DNA from: Octopus sinensis
Taxonomy: Eukaryota
DNA: 64,000 nucleotides
Direction: 5' to 3'
Assembly (NCBI RefSeq): GCF_006345805.1
Contig: NC_043011.1
Coordinates: 26,548,464 to 26,612,463, forward strand
The notes under the pieces were generated by a model, which had not been told where the DNA came from, did no database searches, and worked only from the letters and a program-made list of their open reading frames with translations. Of the stretch, positions 50,505 through 64,000 are shown one piece after another; the first letter of the stretch is position 1, and every line of letters starts with the position of its first letter. The position numbers and the translations under genes are program-made.

Positions 50505-53500
50505 TGAAAGAAAGAAAATAGAAATGGGGGTATAATCCAGTCTATTCTCTCTCTCTTCATCTCTTCTTCCTCGAAATGTCGTACACACATGTTCCCCGTG
50601 TTGTGCGGATCCCCTTTTCATGCACCGACTAAATGTTATATAGAACAAGGAATTTTTTTATTTCTTTTCTTTTCGAAGTGGTGTGGAAGCTTTTGTATTT
50701 ATTTTCCGATTCGATGAAGCTTGTTGCCAGATATGAAAGCTTTTTTTTCTTTCTTTCTATAATTAAACTATATCTTTTTCGTCTATTTTTATTTCGTCCG
50801 CTCTTTGTAAACCGATTCACACATTTACACGTAGGGAAACGAGATACAGGAAACGAACGATTTATGCAATATAAACAGTTGAAAAGCTTGTTCCACCGAA
50901 CCCCATAAAGCATTCGATATATATGAGTGTATATTGTATACATTACGTATCTGTATATTATCGATTACTTTTTTTTTTTTATTAGTTTATCTGTAAAATG
51001 AATATATTTACAATTGAGCACGTTTTACCTATGAGTTATTTTCATTTAACGATCGCAATCTTTTCACTATCTTGATTTTTATTATTTTGGCACAAGCAAA
51101 ATTAAAGAGTTTATTTATATTTTGATCGAATCTATCAGATATATATATGTAGGTCTGAGTGACAAGGAAGGGTACATATATCTAGTGATGGGTTGTTGCT
51201 AGGAGAACGAAACGAACGGAAATCATCTGTTGTCAAAACCCACCGAATACAACCTTATTTGTTAACGTTTTTTAAAATTATATTTTGATGAATTAAAATT
51301 TAGTCAATTGACACGTTTCATATTTTTCTTAACAATCACTGTTTTTATTTGAGTAGCTAGCTAGAATTATATTCATTGATATAAAATGGCACCAAATATC
51401 TCTTTGTGTATGTGTATACAGAAATGTGTCTAGTCCATATTATGGCGTATTTCTCTCTATGTAATCGCAGAAGTTATCCAGGGATAGGTAACATGGTTTT
51501 AGTTTGCTTTATAATTTCTGTTGATGTAATCAATTTGTAATCCGAAACGCAAGTGAACTTTCCCGCTACTATTCCTCATATTTCCTCATATATATATATA
51601 TATACATATACATACATACACGTACGTGTGTGTATATGTGTGAAATACTGTGTGTGTTTATGTAGGACAAATTTGTGTTTTAGTCTTTTCTGAATAGCTA
51701 ACGTCGTAATATTGATTTTTTTTTTTACAGATTTTACCAATTTCTGATTAGTCAATATTAATTAATCGATTTTCTTTCCTAGAAAAATATCCCATATATA
51801 TATATATATAAATATATATATATCCCAATTAAAATTATTTTGCGTGTATAGTTCGTCGTTAAATAATTGAGAATGAGGTACATAACACTCACATTTACTG
51901 GCTTATCGTAATATGATGAAATTTTGTGATTTGCAAGACATTATGAAACCATGTATCTATTAAGAACACAACACGCTGGTACTTGTCGTATTTGAGTTTA
52001 TATTTGAAGTTTTTGCTTAAACTATTTTTTCTTTCGTTTTTTTTTTTTCTTTTTCTTTTTCTTTTAGTGGTTTGGTCAGGGAAAATAGTTGTGCCCATGG
52101 GCTTCGCAAACCTTCCGGAACCGGTTTTCTCGTTTATGTTACGAATTTGGACCATAAGATTCATTCGTTGAATCGTTTTCTACTGAAATAAACATGTAGA
52201 AATCTGTGCACTTATGCAATATATGTAGACCGAGATAATTGTTAAAATTTTACGTTTTGTTTGTGAAACATTTCAGCCTTCTTCGTAAGGGAATGGATGT
52301 TATTTGTAAAACTGGGTTTAGATAGAAACCGATGCGATCCTTACTTAGGCCAGTTATTGATTAATAGTCGAATCATATCCGTTGGTTTTCTGCATGGCTT
52401 TCAAGTTGAGGCAGCTGATCGAGTTATTAGTTTTGTGAGGTCCATAAATTGTCATCATTTATTATTAATTACTGTGCTATTGGCATTGTTAGCATGTTAG
52501 TGTTGTTTTTTTTTTTAATAACTCCTTGTTGAATATAACCGCCAAATAAATATAATTTTAGATAATGATAGAAATGAAAAAAAAATAATTTAAATCAAAC
52601 TGATTTTGATATTAAATGACCTTGGTTCTCGTAAAACTAAAATATCCCAGTAAAATACGAGTTGTATGTGTAAGGTATTTAAATTATAACTTAGCAAATA
52701 CACTGAAAACTCGATATAAGACTGCTTTGGAATGTTTTCAAAATTCACACACCGGTGTCCAAATCATAGTAGTTAAATCTTAAATGCAAAATGGATTTGA
52801 TTTTAATTTTTGTATAATTAAGAAGTAAATAAACCTGTCGAAGAGTTTCCTGAACACGATCATTTGATAAGGTTAACTTTCATTTTAATACCCCTTCTTT
52901 CTCATATTTCATGACTAATTTCGTTGTGCATTTCTTTCTTATTGTATAATTACCTTTTTTGTTTATTTTAAGCCAAAAAACGAGCTCCTATTATTGACAC
53001 TTGCATCTGAAGTTGATTGGAGAATGTGCTGATTGAAATCTGACAAAAAGAAAAAGAAAAAATATTGTTCAATAATTGTTTTGCCAATATCAGTATTCCA
53101 CTTCAAAATTGAAGTATGATTTTATCACAAAAACTTGGGAAGGGGATTGGATATTATGAAGTTATATCTTGGCAATAAGTATGATTTGATAGTAGAACAT
53201 AGCTCAAAAGTGAACACAAACATTGTTTTGTGAGTCTCTGAATTTTCAGTGACATAAGGAGTTGGGTTATCTATAAATTTCTCTTGTATTTTTCTCTTCT
53301 GTATTTCACCTTTAAGAACAACATCTTTTAAACTATGAGTGAGAGTGCTATATAGTGAAATGTTTTATTAGCGTATTTTTCTCTTCACAAGGAAATACCA
53401 CTATAGGAATTCAGTATCAATGAAAAACAAGTGAGATTGAATCGGTTCTGTAACAGTTCTTTCGTTAATATCCTTAGCCAGTTTGCATGTATATATGTGA

Positions 53501-53749
53501 ATGGTTCTTTTGTTATTGCTACTTAGGAACTGAAGCATGGCTTTTGTCAGCACGCATTCTAAAACTAGATTTGTTGATTGTTTTTTTCTATAGTAGCACA
53601 TTTTCTGTATATTTTTTTCCGCTTTATTGAGTAGAATGTACATCTAAGTTTATCTGCAAGTTAGGGCACCTGGGTAGCTCTGAGGGAACTTACCAGCAAT
53701 ATGACTTCTCCAGCGATCTGTATCGTGGAAGAAACTACTGACTAGTATC

Positions 53750-55210
53750 TAGATGTCTGGTTTCAGCACTTCAGATTGCTTCTGGATAAAATAGTTATGT
53801 AATTCTAGACTTGACAACAATCCTATGCAAAGTAGTAGATATAGCCTGTCAATGCAGACTGGATCATTTACTATAGAAGGGCTTCACAAATTCCTAAAAA
53901 GTTAAGAAACAGCAACATGACAGCAGATCCCTCCAACACCCTGGCCATCACCTTGAAGAGATCACTTTTCAAACAATGATGATCTTCACTTGCCTCAGAA
54001 TTACAGAGGAATTACAATCTCACTTTGCCTAAAAGACCTACAACTCTGTGTTCTTTAATAGAATTTCTCCTCTTGTTGATTTCATTCTGCAAAAGAACCA
54101 AAATGGCTTTTGCAGAAGCAGATCCTTTTCTTTAAAAGAATTATAGAAAAGCTCAGAATCTCTTAAGTAATAGGTATCAATTGTATTTGTGGATTTATTC
54201 AAAGCATTTGATAGTATCAACAGAAGGGCCTTGTTAAAAATTGTTGGTTATGGTATCCTAGATGATCTTTTGAGAGCTGTCACCATCATATATGAAAACC
54301 CATCTAGCTTTGTGCAAAGTGCAGTTGATCCAACTAAAGAGTCTCCCTCAGCAGTAGAATTCCTCCAGAGAGATACTCTAGCTCCTTTTCTCTTTACAAT
54401 TGTAGTAGAATACATTAGGCAATCTTGACCCCATCCAAGACAAAGGCCTCACCATCAAGCAGAAATGATCAAGACCATTATGCTGGTGATCTTGCTCTCA
54501 CAACCCACCAACAATGTGATGTACATGTTTTGTATCCCTTAAGGTAATTGCAGCTTAAGTCAGTCTGTTTCTCAGTGCAAAGAAAACTGAATACATGACC
54601 ATCAGTAAGGGTGAAGAACCACTTCCCAGTTTGTTCCAACTATGGTGCACAACTCAGAAAGGTCAGTGACTTCAATTACTTTGGGTCCTATGTTTCTGAC
54701 AGTAGGAAAAACTTCTTGATGCACAAGGGACAAACCTAGAGTGCTCCTAATACACTTAAAAATATCTGACAATCAAGTGTTTTAAAGGCAACAAAATTGG
54801 CCTTAATCAGATCATGTGTAGAGAGTAATCTTCTCTGTGGAGCCAAAACCTGGATATGAAGCAGCATTTTGGTGGTACATGCATCAAGCTTCTCATAAGA
54901 GCTCAAAATATGTTATGATGTGAGCAAGAGACCAAAGTGGAGATTTATGGACATATTCTACTCATATCCACTATTAATGGTCAGTACAGAGTAGGCTTCG
55001 CTAGCCACTGTTATCATCCTAAACAGCAATCCAAATCAGATATTACTTGTTGGAAACTTCCACACCCTAATAGAGGACAAAAACTACTGAACTACATTGA
55101 TGTTATTGCAGTGATATACATGAACTTGAGGACCTACCAAATGGGCAACAGAGATGTTGAATATTTAAGAATTCTTGGTTATTTTAGCCCCTGGTCAATC
55201 ATGATTGAGT
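53750..55210 (+). mobile_element. Degenerate RTE-type LINE (RT domain) in intron 1 of the PWWP gene
   Basis: NYRGIT; FVDLFKAFDSINR; LQRDTLAPFLFTIVVEY; KTEYMT; DFNYLGSYV. Confidence 0.8.
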
Positions 55211-55504
55211 AGATGTTTGATCAAAAACAATCCAGTGTGTCCTTTATTTAAGATAATAGCGTGTTAGTTTAGGGAAATTTGGCTGATGTTTCTAGCATGT
55301 AAAGCAATTGCCTTGGGGCTCCCTCTTTTAGAGATAGAATGGACTACCTTGGACTGCAGGCTTGAGCATTCTATTTAAATCTTATCTGTAAATCTAAGGT
55401 TTATCAGTCATAAATGGCTAAAATTAAGGGTCTCAGTTGGCTATTTTGGAACCACATCTGTGTTTATTTGATCAGCTTTTTTGTCTACTTTTAAGAAATA
55501 TGTT

Positions 55505-55885
55505 ATCTTTTACTTGTTTCATTAGACTGCAGCCATGCTGGGGGACCCCTTTGAAGAGTGTTTAGTAAAATGAATCGACCCCAGTACTTTTTTTAAAACC
55601 TGGTATTTATTCTATCAACTTCTTTTGCTGAACTGCTAAGTTACAGTGACGTAAACACACCAACACCAGATGTCAAGTGATGGTGGGAAACATTTACACA
55701 CATGCGCACACATATATACATAGAACAGCTTCTTTCAGTTTCCATCTACCAAATCCTTTCACAAGGCTTTGGTTGGCCTGAGGCTATAGCAGAAGACACT
55801 TGCCCAAGGTGCAGCACAATGGGTCTGAATCTGGAACTATGTGCTTTGAAAGCAAGCTTCCCACCACATGGCTACGCCTGCACCT
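55505..55885 (-). mobile_element. SINE family A, older copy
   Basis: Alignment to family A. Confidence 0.78.
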
Positions 55886-56384
55886 GAGTTCAAATATTCT
55901 CAGATTTCAGTATAATATAAAATAAATATTTCTGGGTAATTGTTATCCATTAGTCAACTAGTATTATATATAATTTTCTCAAAATATCAGCCTTATTTTC
56001 TTTTTCTGAACTAGGCTGTATTATAATAGGGAAACTTCCACTATTTCCCATAGTATGTCAAACAGTTGAGGCATTTCTATCCTGCTATTAGGATTCCTCA
56101 ACTTCAGCAAAAGCAGGATTTGTGCTCTGTCAAACATTCAGTTATTCTGTTATTCTTTCCTTCCAGGTTATTTGGTACTCATTTATTCCTGAAAGATGTG
56201 AAAAATTACCCCCTGTTTTCATTTAACCCTTTTGTTACCATATTTCTGTTGAAATACACTGCCTTTGTTTCAGTTAATTTTGAAAATGATAAAGAATTTA
56301 GTAAAGTAACTTAGTCGTTATTAACCTGGTGTTCTGAACTGGTTAATGATATCAATTTTTGTTAAAGATATGTTATAAAAAAGG

Positions 56385-56760
56385 TGCACATGTGGCTGTG
56401 TGGTTAAGAAGCTTGCTTCCCAACCATGTGATCTCGGGTTCAGCCTTATTGCATGGCACCTTGGGCAAGTTCTATTATAGCCCCAGGCTAACCATACCCT
56501 TGTGAGTGGATTTAGTTGACAGAAACTGAAAGAAGCCCGTTGTATATATGTGTTTGCGTGCACTCTTGTCTTGACATCATGTAATAGTTGTAAAGGAGCA
56601 TCACTGTCATACAAGCTGTTTCTTTCAGTCTTCCATTAAAAAAAAAAAGTCTCTGGTCATGTTTGGAAAAGGTGAAGGTTCGCAACAAGAAGGCCATAGA
56701 AAATCTACTTCACCAAATTCTGTCTAACCCATGCATGCATAGAATAGTGGATGTTAAATC
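56385..56760 (+). mobile_element. SINE family A head joined to a family C-type tail
   Basis: A-type head at 56385-56545, then gaaggccatagaaaatc...ccatgcatgcatagaa. Confidence 0.6.
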
Positions 56761-57370
56761 ATGAGGAAGATTTTTATAGAAAAGGCATTAAGAACAGTTT
56801 TTACAATTACTCTTCCTTCCTAGTGGAATTCTTAATGGAGATTTCTTAGTTATTCCTTTACTGACTTCAGTCTTTGGACTGTGGTCATGTTGTTGCTCTA
56901 CTTTTAGGAGTTTGAGTCGATTTTATTGCTACCAATACTTGCCCAAACACTTATTTTATTGAATGGTCAAGTCCTCCTTTGTAAAGGGATGTAACTGCAC
57001 AGAATAAATACCACAAGGTATTTTCTTTTACATTACTATACAAATACATAAATTACAGACTTCTGCTTAGTTTCTGCATATCAAATTTTTCTCACCAGAC
57101 TTTGGTCAGACCTAGGATATGGTAAAAAGACTTACCCAAAAGACAGTGGAATTAATACCAGGATCCTCATGGTTGTGAGGCAAATCTCTTCACCACACAG
57201 TGCTTTCAGCCTGTGTTATCTTCATCTTTTATCTTGTTTCAGTCACTGGACTGCAGCCATGCTGGGACATTACACTGAAGGTTCTAGTTAAACAAGTTAA
57301 TTCCAGTACTCTTTTCTTAAAAATTCTGATATTATTCTATTGATTTCCTTTACCAAACTGCCAAGCTACA

Positions 57371-57429
<59 letters not shown>

Positions 57430-57431
<2 letters not shown>

Positions 57432-57653
57432 CTTTATTCTTTTACTCTTTACTCTTTTACTTGTTTCAGTCATTTGACTGTAGCCATGCTGGAACACCAC
57501 CTTTAGTCGAGCAAATCAACCCCAGGACTTATTCTTTGTAAGCCTAGTACTTATTCTATCGGTTTCTTTTGCCGAACTGCTAAGTTACGGGGACGTAAAT
57601 ACACCAGCATTAGTTATCAAGCGACATTGGTGGGGGACAAACATACATACACG

Positions 57654-57687
<34 letters not shown>

Positions 57688-57812
57688 CATACAAGGCTTT
57701 GGTCGGCCCGAGGCTATAGTAGAAGACACTTGCCCAAGGTGCCACACTGGGACTGAACCTGGAACCATGTGGTTGGTAAGTAAGCTACTTACCACACAGC
57801 CACTTCTGCACC
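57430..57812 (-). mobile_element. SINE family A; further fragments at 56860-57375 and 57840-57960
   Basis: Alignment to family A. Confidence 0.85.
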
Positions 57813-59751
57813 TAAACACACACACACACACACCCAATAACTTTCACACAATTTCCATCTACCAAATTCACTCACAAGGCATTGTGCTCTGAGACTGAAC
57901 CTGTTACCAAGTGGTTGCAAAGCAAGCTTCTTAATCACACAGTTATGCCTAACAAGCCTGTATATTTTCTCTTAATTAACGTTTGATGGTATTTGATTTA
58001 TACCAGAATCATTTAATAACTGGTTATTGTTTTGCTATGAATTTAGCTGATTTATTTGTTGGTCATTTGGTAAAAGTCAGCAGCTGTTGTCAGAAAAACA
58101 ATACCTTTTGAGTAACTTTCCTTGCCTTAAACTTGCTATCAATTATCATCATCATCGTTTAACCCCCTCATATTGGCATATGTAAGATTGGTTTAATAGC
58201 GTCTCTGACATGGTTTTTGCAGTTAGATACCCTATCACTAACCACTTTACAGTGTAGACTAGATGCATTTTATTGGGTTGCTAACATGAAAATGGTTATA
58301 TGTAACTGGACTAAAGGATCCTGTCTGTCTTCAGTTTTTTAAATTCAGATTTGTTGCTCTACATAGACTGGCAGCCTTCTTGTACTGTCTATTTCTCTTT
58401 GACCCTGACTCGTCAATTTATAGTACCTCTGGCTCCAATTCTGCTGTAATTAGACTAATCATATATTTCTTAAATTGATTGAAAATGCACATCATAAATG
58501 TCCATTGAGTATCATCAGGCAAATTTTTAGTACTCTAACCAGTTAAACCTTGAGGTTAATTGCTATAACTATACTGTTGGGGCTTTTTAAACATTATTTA
58601 CTGAAGTTAAACAATTGAGCATAAATCAAAACTTACAAAAATAAAAAGATGAATAGTGGCTGCTTTCATCAAAAGAATATAAAAGAATTAATGGAACCAT
58701 AAAAATGCTGCAAGAGAAAACCAGGAATATCTTTGTTTTCCAGTTCAAAAATCTTAACTAAGTCAAAGTTAAAACTGAAAGATTAACCACATAAAGCAAC
58801 TTAACTAACAAATTGCCATTTTAAAATAAATTCAATTAGCTACCTAACTTGCTCTTTTTGAGATTAAAGTAATGTTAGAATATGAAACTTTAAGTGAATG
58901 TAACATGAAAAATTAAATTAAATTATATTGTAAAAGATTTAATGATTAATTTATCCCTATGAAATTTGTGAAAGAAATATATCTATAGAAGGGGGATTAA
59001 ATCAATGATCTGAATCCAAAACTTATATCATCATTATTTTATGTTTCTATACTGGTATAGGTCATTGCCATCCAAATCATTTTTTTATTTGGAGTTATTG
59101 CCCTCATAGACAGGGGCAGAAGACCATGTCACTCATTTGTTCTCTATTTTTGGTATGCCTTTCCTAATACCAACCACTTTACAGAACATACTAAGTGTGT
59201 CTTAGCATGGCACCAAAACCAGAGAAGTTGCCTTGTTCCCTGCAAGACTAAAGGGTCCTTTCTGTTCTTTTAAGGTCAGTGTGAGTGTGGTTGGGGTGGG
59301 ATGGTAAGGAGCTGATAAGATAGTAGGGGAGGGAAAGTGAAACAGTAATAGCTATTGTTAGTTGTTGGTATGAGATTGAATAGAAAACAGCTGGAGCTGC
59401 AACAGGATAGAATGGCAATAAAGATGATGCGTCAATGAATGGGAGTGAACAAGCAATGGATAGCAGCAGAGGTGGGTGATGGTAAGTGAGAGTGATAGAT
59501 GTCAATTGTGAGTCACATGGGGGATAGAAGTTTGCAGTAGAGAGTGATGGTATTGAATGAGGGCAGATCTGATGGTATCCCTTGTTGCATGCACAGGCGT
59601 TATGATGGTGTGAAAGAGATGGAGTACTGATGATAACAAGGTGATGGTGAAGAGCAGACAGAATATGAAAATAGTATATTATGGTTAGTAGTAGAGGTTC
59701 TTAGAAACAGAACTGCTTCTACCAGATTCTCCTTCATAGAAGCCTTTAATT

Positions 59752-59968
59752 CATTTGTTAGTATATTCCTGTTGAAAAATATAACCTTTGTTTCAATTAG
59801 TCTTGAAACTAATAAAGAATTTAGTGAAATAACTCATTATACTAGTGTTTGGAACATAAATTAACAAGGAACTTTGATGGAATGTTTTAATTTAGATCCC
59901 TTTAAAGAAACAAGTTTGTGTTATAGGACCAAGGATGGTCTCGGGCATGTTAGTATCAAAAGGGTTAA
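59752..59968. mobile_element. Second piggyBac-like MITE family; a partial copy lies at 56222-56330
   Basis: Ends caaaagggttaa; shares ctgttgaaa..a..tttgtttca.tta with 56222-56330, which starts ttaaccctttt. Confidence 0.5.
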
Positions 59969-60099
59969 ATCTAATTTATTTTCATTATAGAAAACAGTAT
60001 TTCAACATTTGCTTAGGGTAGATGGCATTGCTGTTACTGTTCTAACTACATGATTTAACAAGCCTAGAGTAAGCTGAGATGATTTCTGTAGATAATTTT

Positions 60100-62670
60100 G
60101 GTAAGTGGTCATTTGTGCTTGTAGTTTCTTCATCTTGTGGTTCAGGAGTTTCAGATAATACTTGTAGACCTTTCGTGTAAATTACTACATCAGAGTGCCT
60201 TTTTAATTCAAACAATTTGGTCGTTGTTTCACAAAATTCAGTTCATTGGATCAGCATACATAGCAGCTAATAGGATTTGATGCTCACTTCAATTCTTTCC
60301 AGCTTTTGCACATTCTCTACATTTAGTGTCCATGTTTCACTGTCATATAACATTTTACTTTATATACACGCTTTCTATCTTTCACAGAGCAGAAGTACTG
60401 ACTTCTGAACTTTTTATCCTGTTCTTATTCTGGCTACTATATTTTCAGAACACTCCACCTCCACTGGCAATTAGATCTTCTATATAACAGGAGTGGAGGC
60501 ACATGACCTAGTGGCTAGAGCAGCGGACTTGCGGTCAAGGGATCATGGGTTCGAATCTCAGACTGGGTGATGTGTTGTTTATGAGCAAAACACCTAAGCT
60601 CCACCCGGCTCCAGCAGAAGGTAATGGCGAACTTCTGCTGACTCTTTCGCCACAACTTTCATTCTTTCCTCCTGCATCTTGCAGCTCACCTACAACGGAC
60701 TGGTGTCCCGTCCACGTGGGGAACCTATACGCCAAGGAAACCGGCTCTTGTGAGCCAGGCATGGCTTGAGAAGAGAAAGAAATGTAACAGGAGCTATTCA
60801 TTACTTCTAGAAAGCTTTCCAAACATTTGAAAGAATGTATTTCGTGTATGCCCTTACTACTAACTACTCCTATGAATCCACCACTTTATGAAGTTTTCCT
60901 TCTCTGTCAGCCCACCTGTGATCCCATTACATTTCATGCACACTCATAATTTACATTGGGTGCACTGTTTGGAATTCTTAGCTAGTTTTCCACATATTCA
61001 ACATGGTTACCAACCAGACTGCAATAGAGTCCTGTCATCTTTATGATCATCACAGACTTTTGTCTTTCGTAGCTATACTTTTGCGGCCTCTTGATTCTAG
61101 GCTATGGTTTTATTTTGGGAATTTTTTCTAAAACTTCAGATTCAGCATTGAGAACAAAGTCATTGCTAGAGAGAAGTTCCTATGGACAAGTAATCTTAAA
61201 ACTCCATTTTTATGGCGAGAGAGCTGAGAACTGAACCCAGGTGCACACCTACAGGCATATTAGATTTTTTACTAAGCTTATTGCGCTCACCTTACTGACA
61301 ACACCTCTGTACATGGCTTGCACAGCTCTCATAAGCCATTCATCTACACCTAGTTTTTTGGTAATTACTCGACTACAAAGCATAGAACATTGTCAAAGGT
61401 TTTCTCTAGGTTGATGAACAGTAAGTACAGCAACTTACTCTTACCTAAATAACTTTTTCTGTTATTGTCTCACCATGAAGAGGATATCAGTGATACTCCA
61501 GGCATAAAACTGAACTGCATTTCATCTCAGCTCTCTTCTTAATCATTTGTGCTACTTTCATGATTTGGTTACAAAATTTTGTACATCACTTAATTCCTCT
61601 GCAATTGCTTCTTTCTAGAGCATCTCCTTTGACCTGGTAGCAGTTGGTGGTGATATTACTTTACCGTCATTAGATATGTCACTCACATAGTCAAATTTCT
61701 CAGTTGACTCTGAGTGACAACCTCATATTCTACTTCACTGGATAATTTCAATATTTCAACAACTATCATTGATGGTCCAGCTGCCTCTATTATTTTCATT
61801 TGGCAGAAAACTATTGGGCTTATTTAAGTTAGTTCCTCATTGAGTGACCTCTTGTAACATTTCCAAACTTTTTTTTTCCTCATGTTCAGTGAGGGCAAAT
61901 GTACCACTATCGTTCTGGACACACTGTCCCTTGTTTTGCAGTTGAGAATTTCTACTTCATTCTCCTCTCATTGCAGAACATAAGACAACTCCTTACTTTC
62001 AGTTTCACTTTTTGCTATGTCCACTTGATGTCTACATTCTCTTTTAGTTACTCCTGCTGTCTTCCAATCTTTTATGACCTGTCTCTTAGCTTTTATAGCT
62101 CTGCCCCCACCATTACATCTTCTCATTGGTTGGGAACTTGCTCTACCCACTGATCTTGTTAATGGGTTGCAGCAGGTTGTCTCCTAAAACTCTTTGTTGG
62201 TTTGTTATGAGACTCTTATCTTTGCTTTCGTTTGCATCAAGTACACATCTTGCTGATGTGTCTTTCAGCTTCTCTACCTTCCTTCTACAGAATGTCTTGT
62301 CTCTGAATCCATCTAGCTTTTACTGTGATGTCACTAATCTTTGTTGAGTGGTGCAATCTTCACCTGGAAAGGACTTAGTATCTACAAACAGTTATCTATT
62401 CTCTTACCTCGTAAGTATGAAGTCTATTTGACCTGTGTATTGGCTTGATTGGTTTGTTATCATATGGCTGGCAGGGTTCCTGAAGTTGGCATTACAAATG
62501 GTTAAATCATTTGCTTCACAGGACTTCAAGAGCTTTCCTCTGTCTTCATTCCTTATGTCATATCCATAGCTTCTGTGCACATCCAAGTAGCCATCTTATC
62601 AAGATAGTCTGTAAGACATCTTGGAAATGGTTCTTTTGTTCATCAACCATATGCAGCAATTACTGTTACT
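60100..62670 (-). mobile_element. Degenerate RTE-type LINE (APE endonuclease to RT), interrupted by a SINE at 60494-60785
   Basis: ORF 62404-62586 HRSYGYDIRNEDRGKLLKSCEANDLTICNANFRNP...QIDFILTR is a typical RTE endonuclease segment. Confidence 0.78.
60494..60785 (+). mobile_element. tRNA-type SINE family E
   Basis: Aligns to 42573-42874. Confidence 0.78.
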
Positions 62671-62892
62671 GTTGTGTAGCCTATGACAACTTTAAGCCTA
62701 ATTATTCTGTTACATGCTATGACTACCTTATTAGATTATGTTTCACCTAGCCTGAATTTGTATCTATGTTCCATGCCTGTGACGAATTCAGTTATGGTTC
62801 CCTTTCCTCTTACCAATTACATACAGCATGCATTTATTCACTTCCTCCCTAGCATCCCTCCAATTTCTCCAGGTTTAACTTACATAATCATA

Positions 62893-63200
62893 GTGAAGGC
62901 ACATGGCTCAGTGATGAGAGCATTGGACTCATAATCTTGAGGTAGTAAGTTCAATTCCCAGCCTGGGCTGTATGTTATGTTCTTTAGCAAGACACTTAAT
63001 TTCATGTTGCTCCAGTCACTCTACTGTAGAAATAAGGTGCTATGTCACTGGTGCCAAGCTGTATTGGCCTTTGCCTTTGATAACATTGGTGGTGTGGAGA
63101 GGGGAAGCTGATATGTATGGGCAACTGCTAGTCTTCCATAAACAACCTTGCATGGTCTTGTGCCTTGGAGGTTAACTTTCTAAGTGCAGTCCCATGGTCA
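62893..63200 (+). mobile_element. tRNA-type SINE family D
   Basis: Reverse complement aligns to 7730-8040. Confidence 0.72.
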
Positions 63201-64000
63201 TTCATGAGTGAAGGGGTGGGGGTCTTTACTCTAACTTTCATCATGCCAATATTAATGGTGGAAATGTTTGAAGTTTTGTATCTGACTGGAAGAGAGCAAT
63301 TTTTGGTCTTGAATAGACTGTTCAATGCCTGTTTATCTTATTTAATCAGGAGTTAGAATTTTAGATTATCACTTTTCATATAAGTACTCTTTGTATTAAC
63401 AAGTTTCACTATGAAATGTAAGTGCGTATTGGTCAGTCAGTGTTGCAGTGTCCAGCAGTAAATTTGCTTTAATTATGTTTTTATGCGGCCTAGTGGTTAA
63501 GGTGTTTGACTCATAGTTATAAGATCATGGTTTCAATTCCTTGACTGGGCAACATGTGTTCTTGAGGAAAACATTTCATTTCATGTTGCTCAGTCCACTC
63601 AGCTGGCAAAAGTGAATTATCCTGTGATGAACCAGTTCAGGAGCTAAAATATGTATGTGTGTATATATATGGAAAACCAGTCCTTATGGTTCTATAGGGC
63701 TCGTGGCTACTTAATTGTTTTCTATATTAATGCATTGATTTTTAGTTCAATTAAGCCACCACTTCATTTTGATATATAAGTTTTTAGCTCCTGTATAAAT
63801 TTCACTGAATGATTAGATCATCAGAATGCACATGTTTTGCAAATACTGAAATTTAAATGATTTAATATGTGAGAAAAAATTGACAAAGAAATAAGGAAAA
63901 TTTGGGTGAAATTTATTCATTTTATGGTTAACATATTTAAAAAAAAAAAACTTCACTTAATCCCTAGGAAAGTAATTTTCTACAAGTTATCCATAGGCTC

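Noticed and set aside
53392-60017. Acceptor/donor pairs at about 53392-53430 and 59991-60017 as candidate PWWP exon 2
   Set aside because: Their phase-0 translations do not continue the PWWP domain.

Overview
AT-rich, microsatellite- and SINE-dense animal DNA. The repeat content looks like an octopus (coleoid cephalopod) genome; this is an inference, not a database result. Two protein-coding genes are supported. (1) EIF2D/ligatin on the minus strand: coding exons 1-7 lie at 15819-550, all with GT-AG boundaries and consistent phases, and the gene runs off the left edge. (2) A PWWP-domain HDGF/PSIP1(LEDGF)/HDGFL2-family gene on the plus strand: only coding exon 1 (50403-50480) is in the window. 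The rest is a transposon landscape: several tRNA-type SINE families, Tc1/mariner/Tigger relics, RTE, Penelope-like and CRE-like retroelement relics, Helentron-like elements, piggyBac-like, hAT-like and Merlin-like MITEs, and long foldbacks. Almost all ORFs in the supplied track are microsatellite or repeat artefacts. The most interesting non-obvious signals are three minimal type-I hammerhead ribozyme motifs in short repeats (one with a G3:C8 core swap), a Helentron-like copy carrying an extra promoter-like segment, and several orphan promoter/splice signals in the 34-kb interval between the two genes. No prokaryotic-type system (CRISPR, operon) is present.
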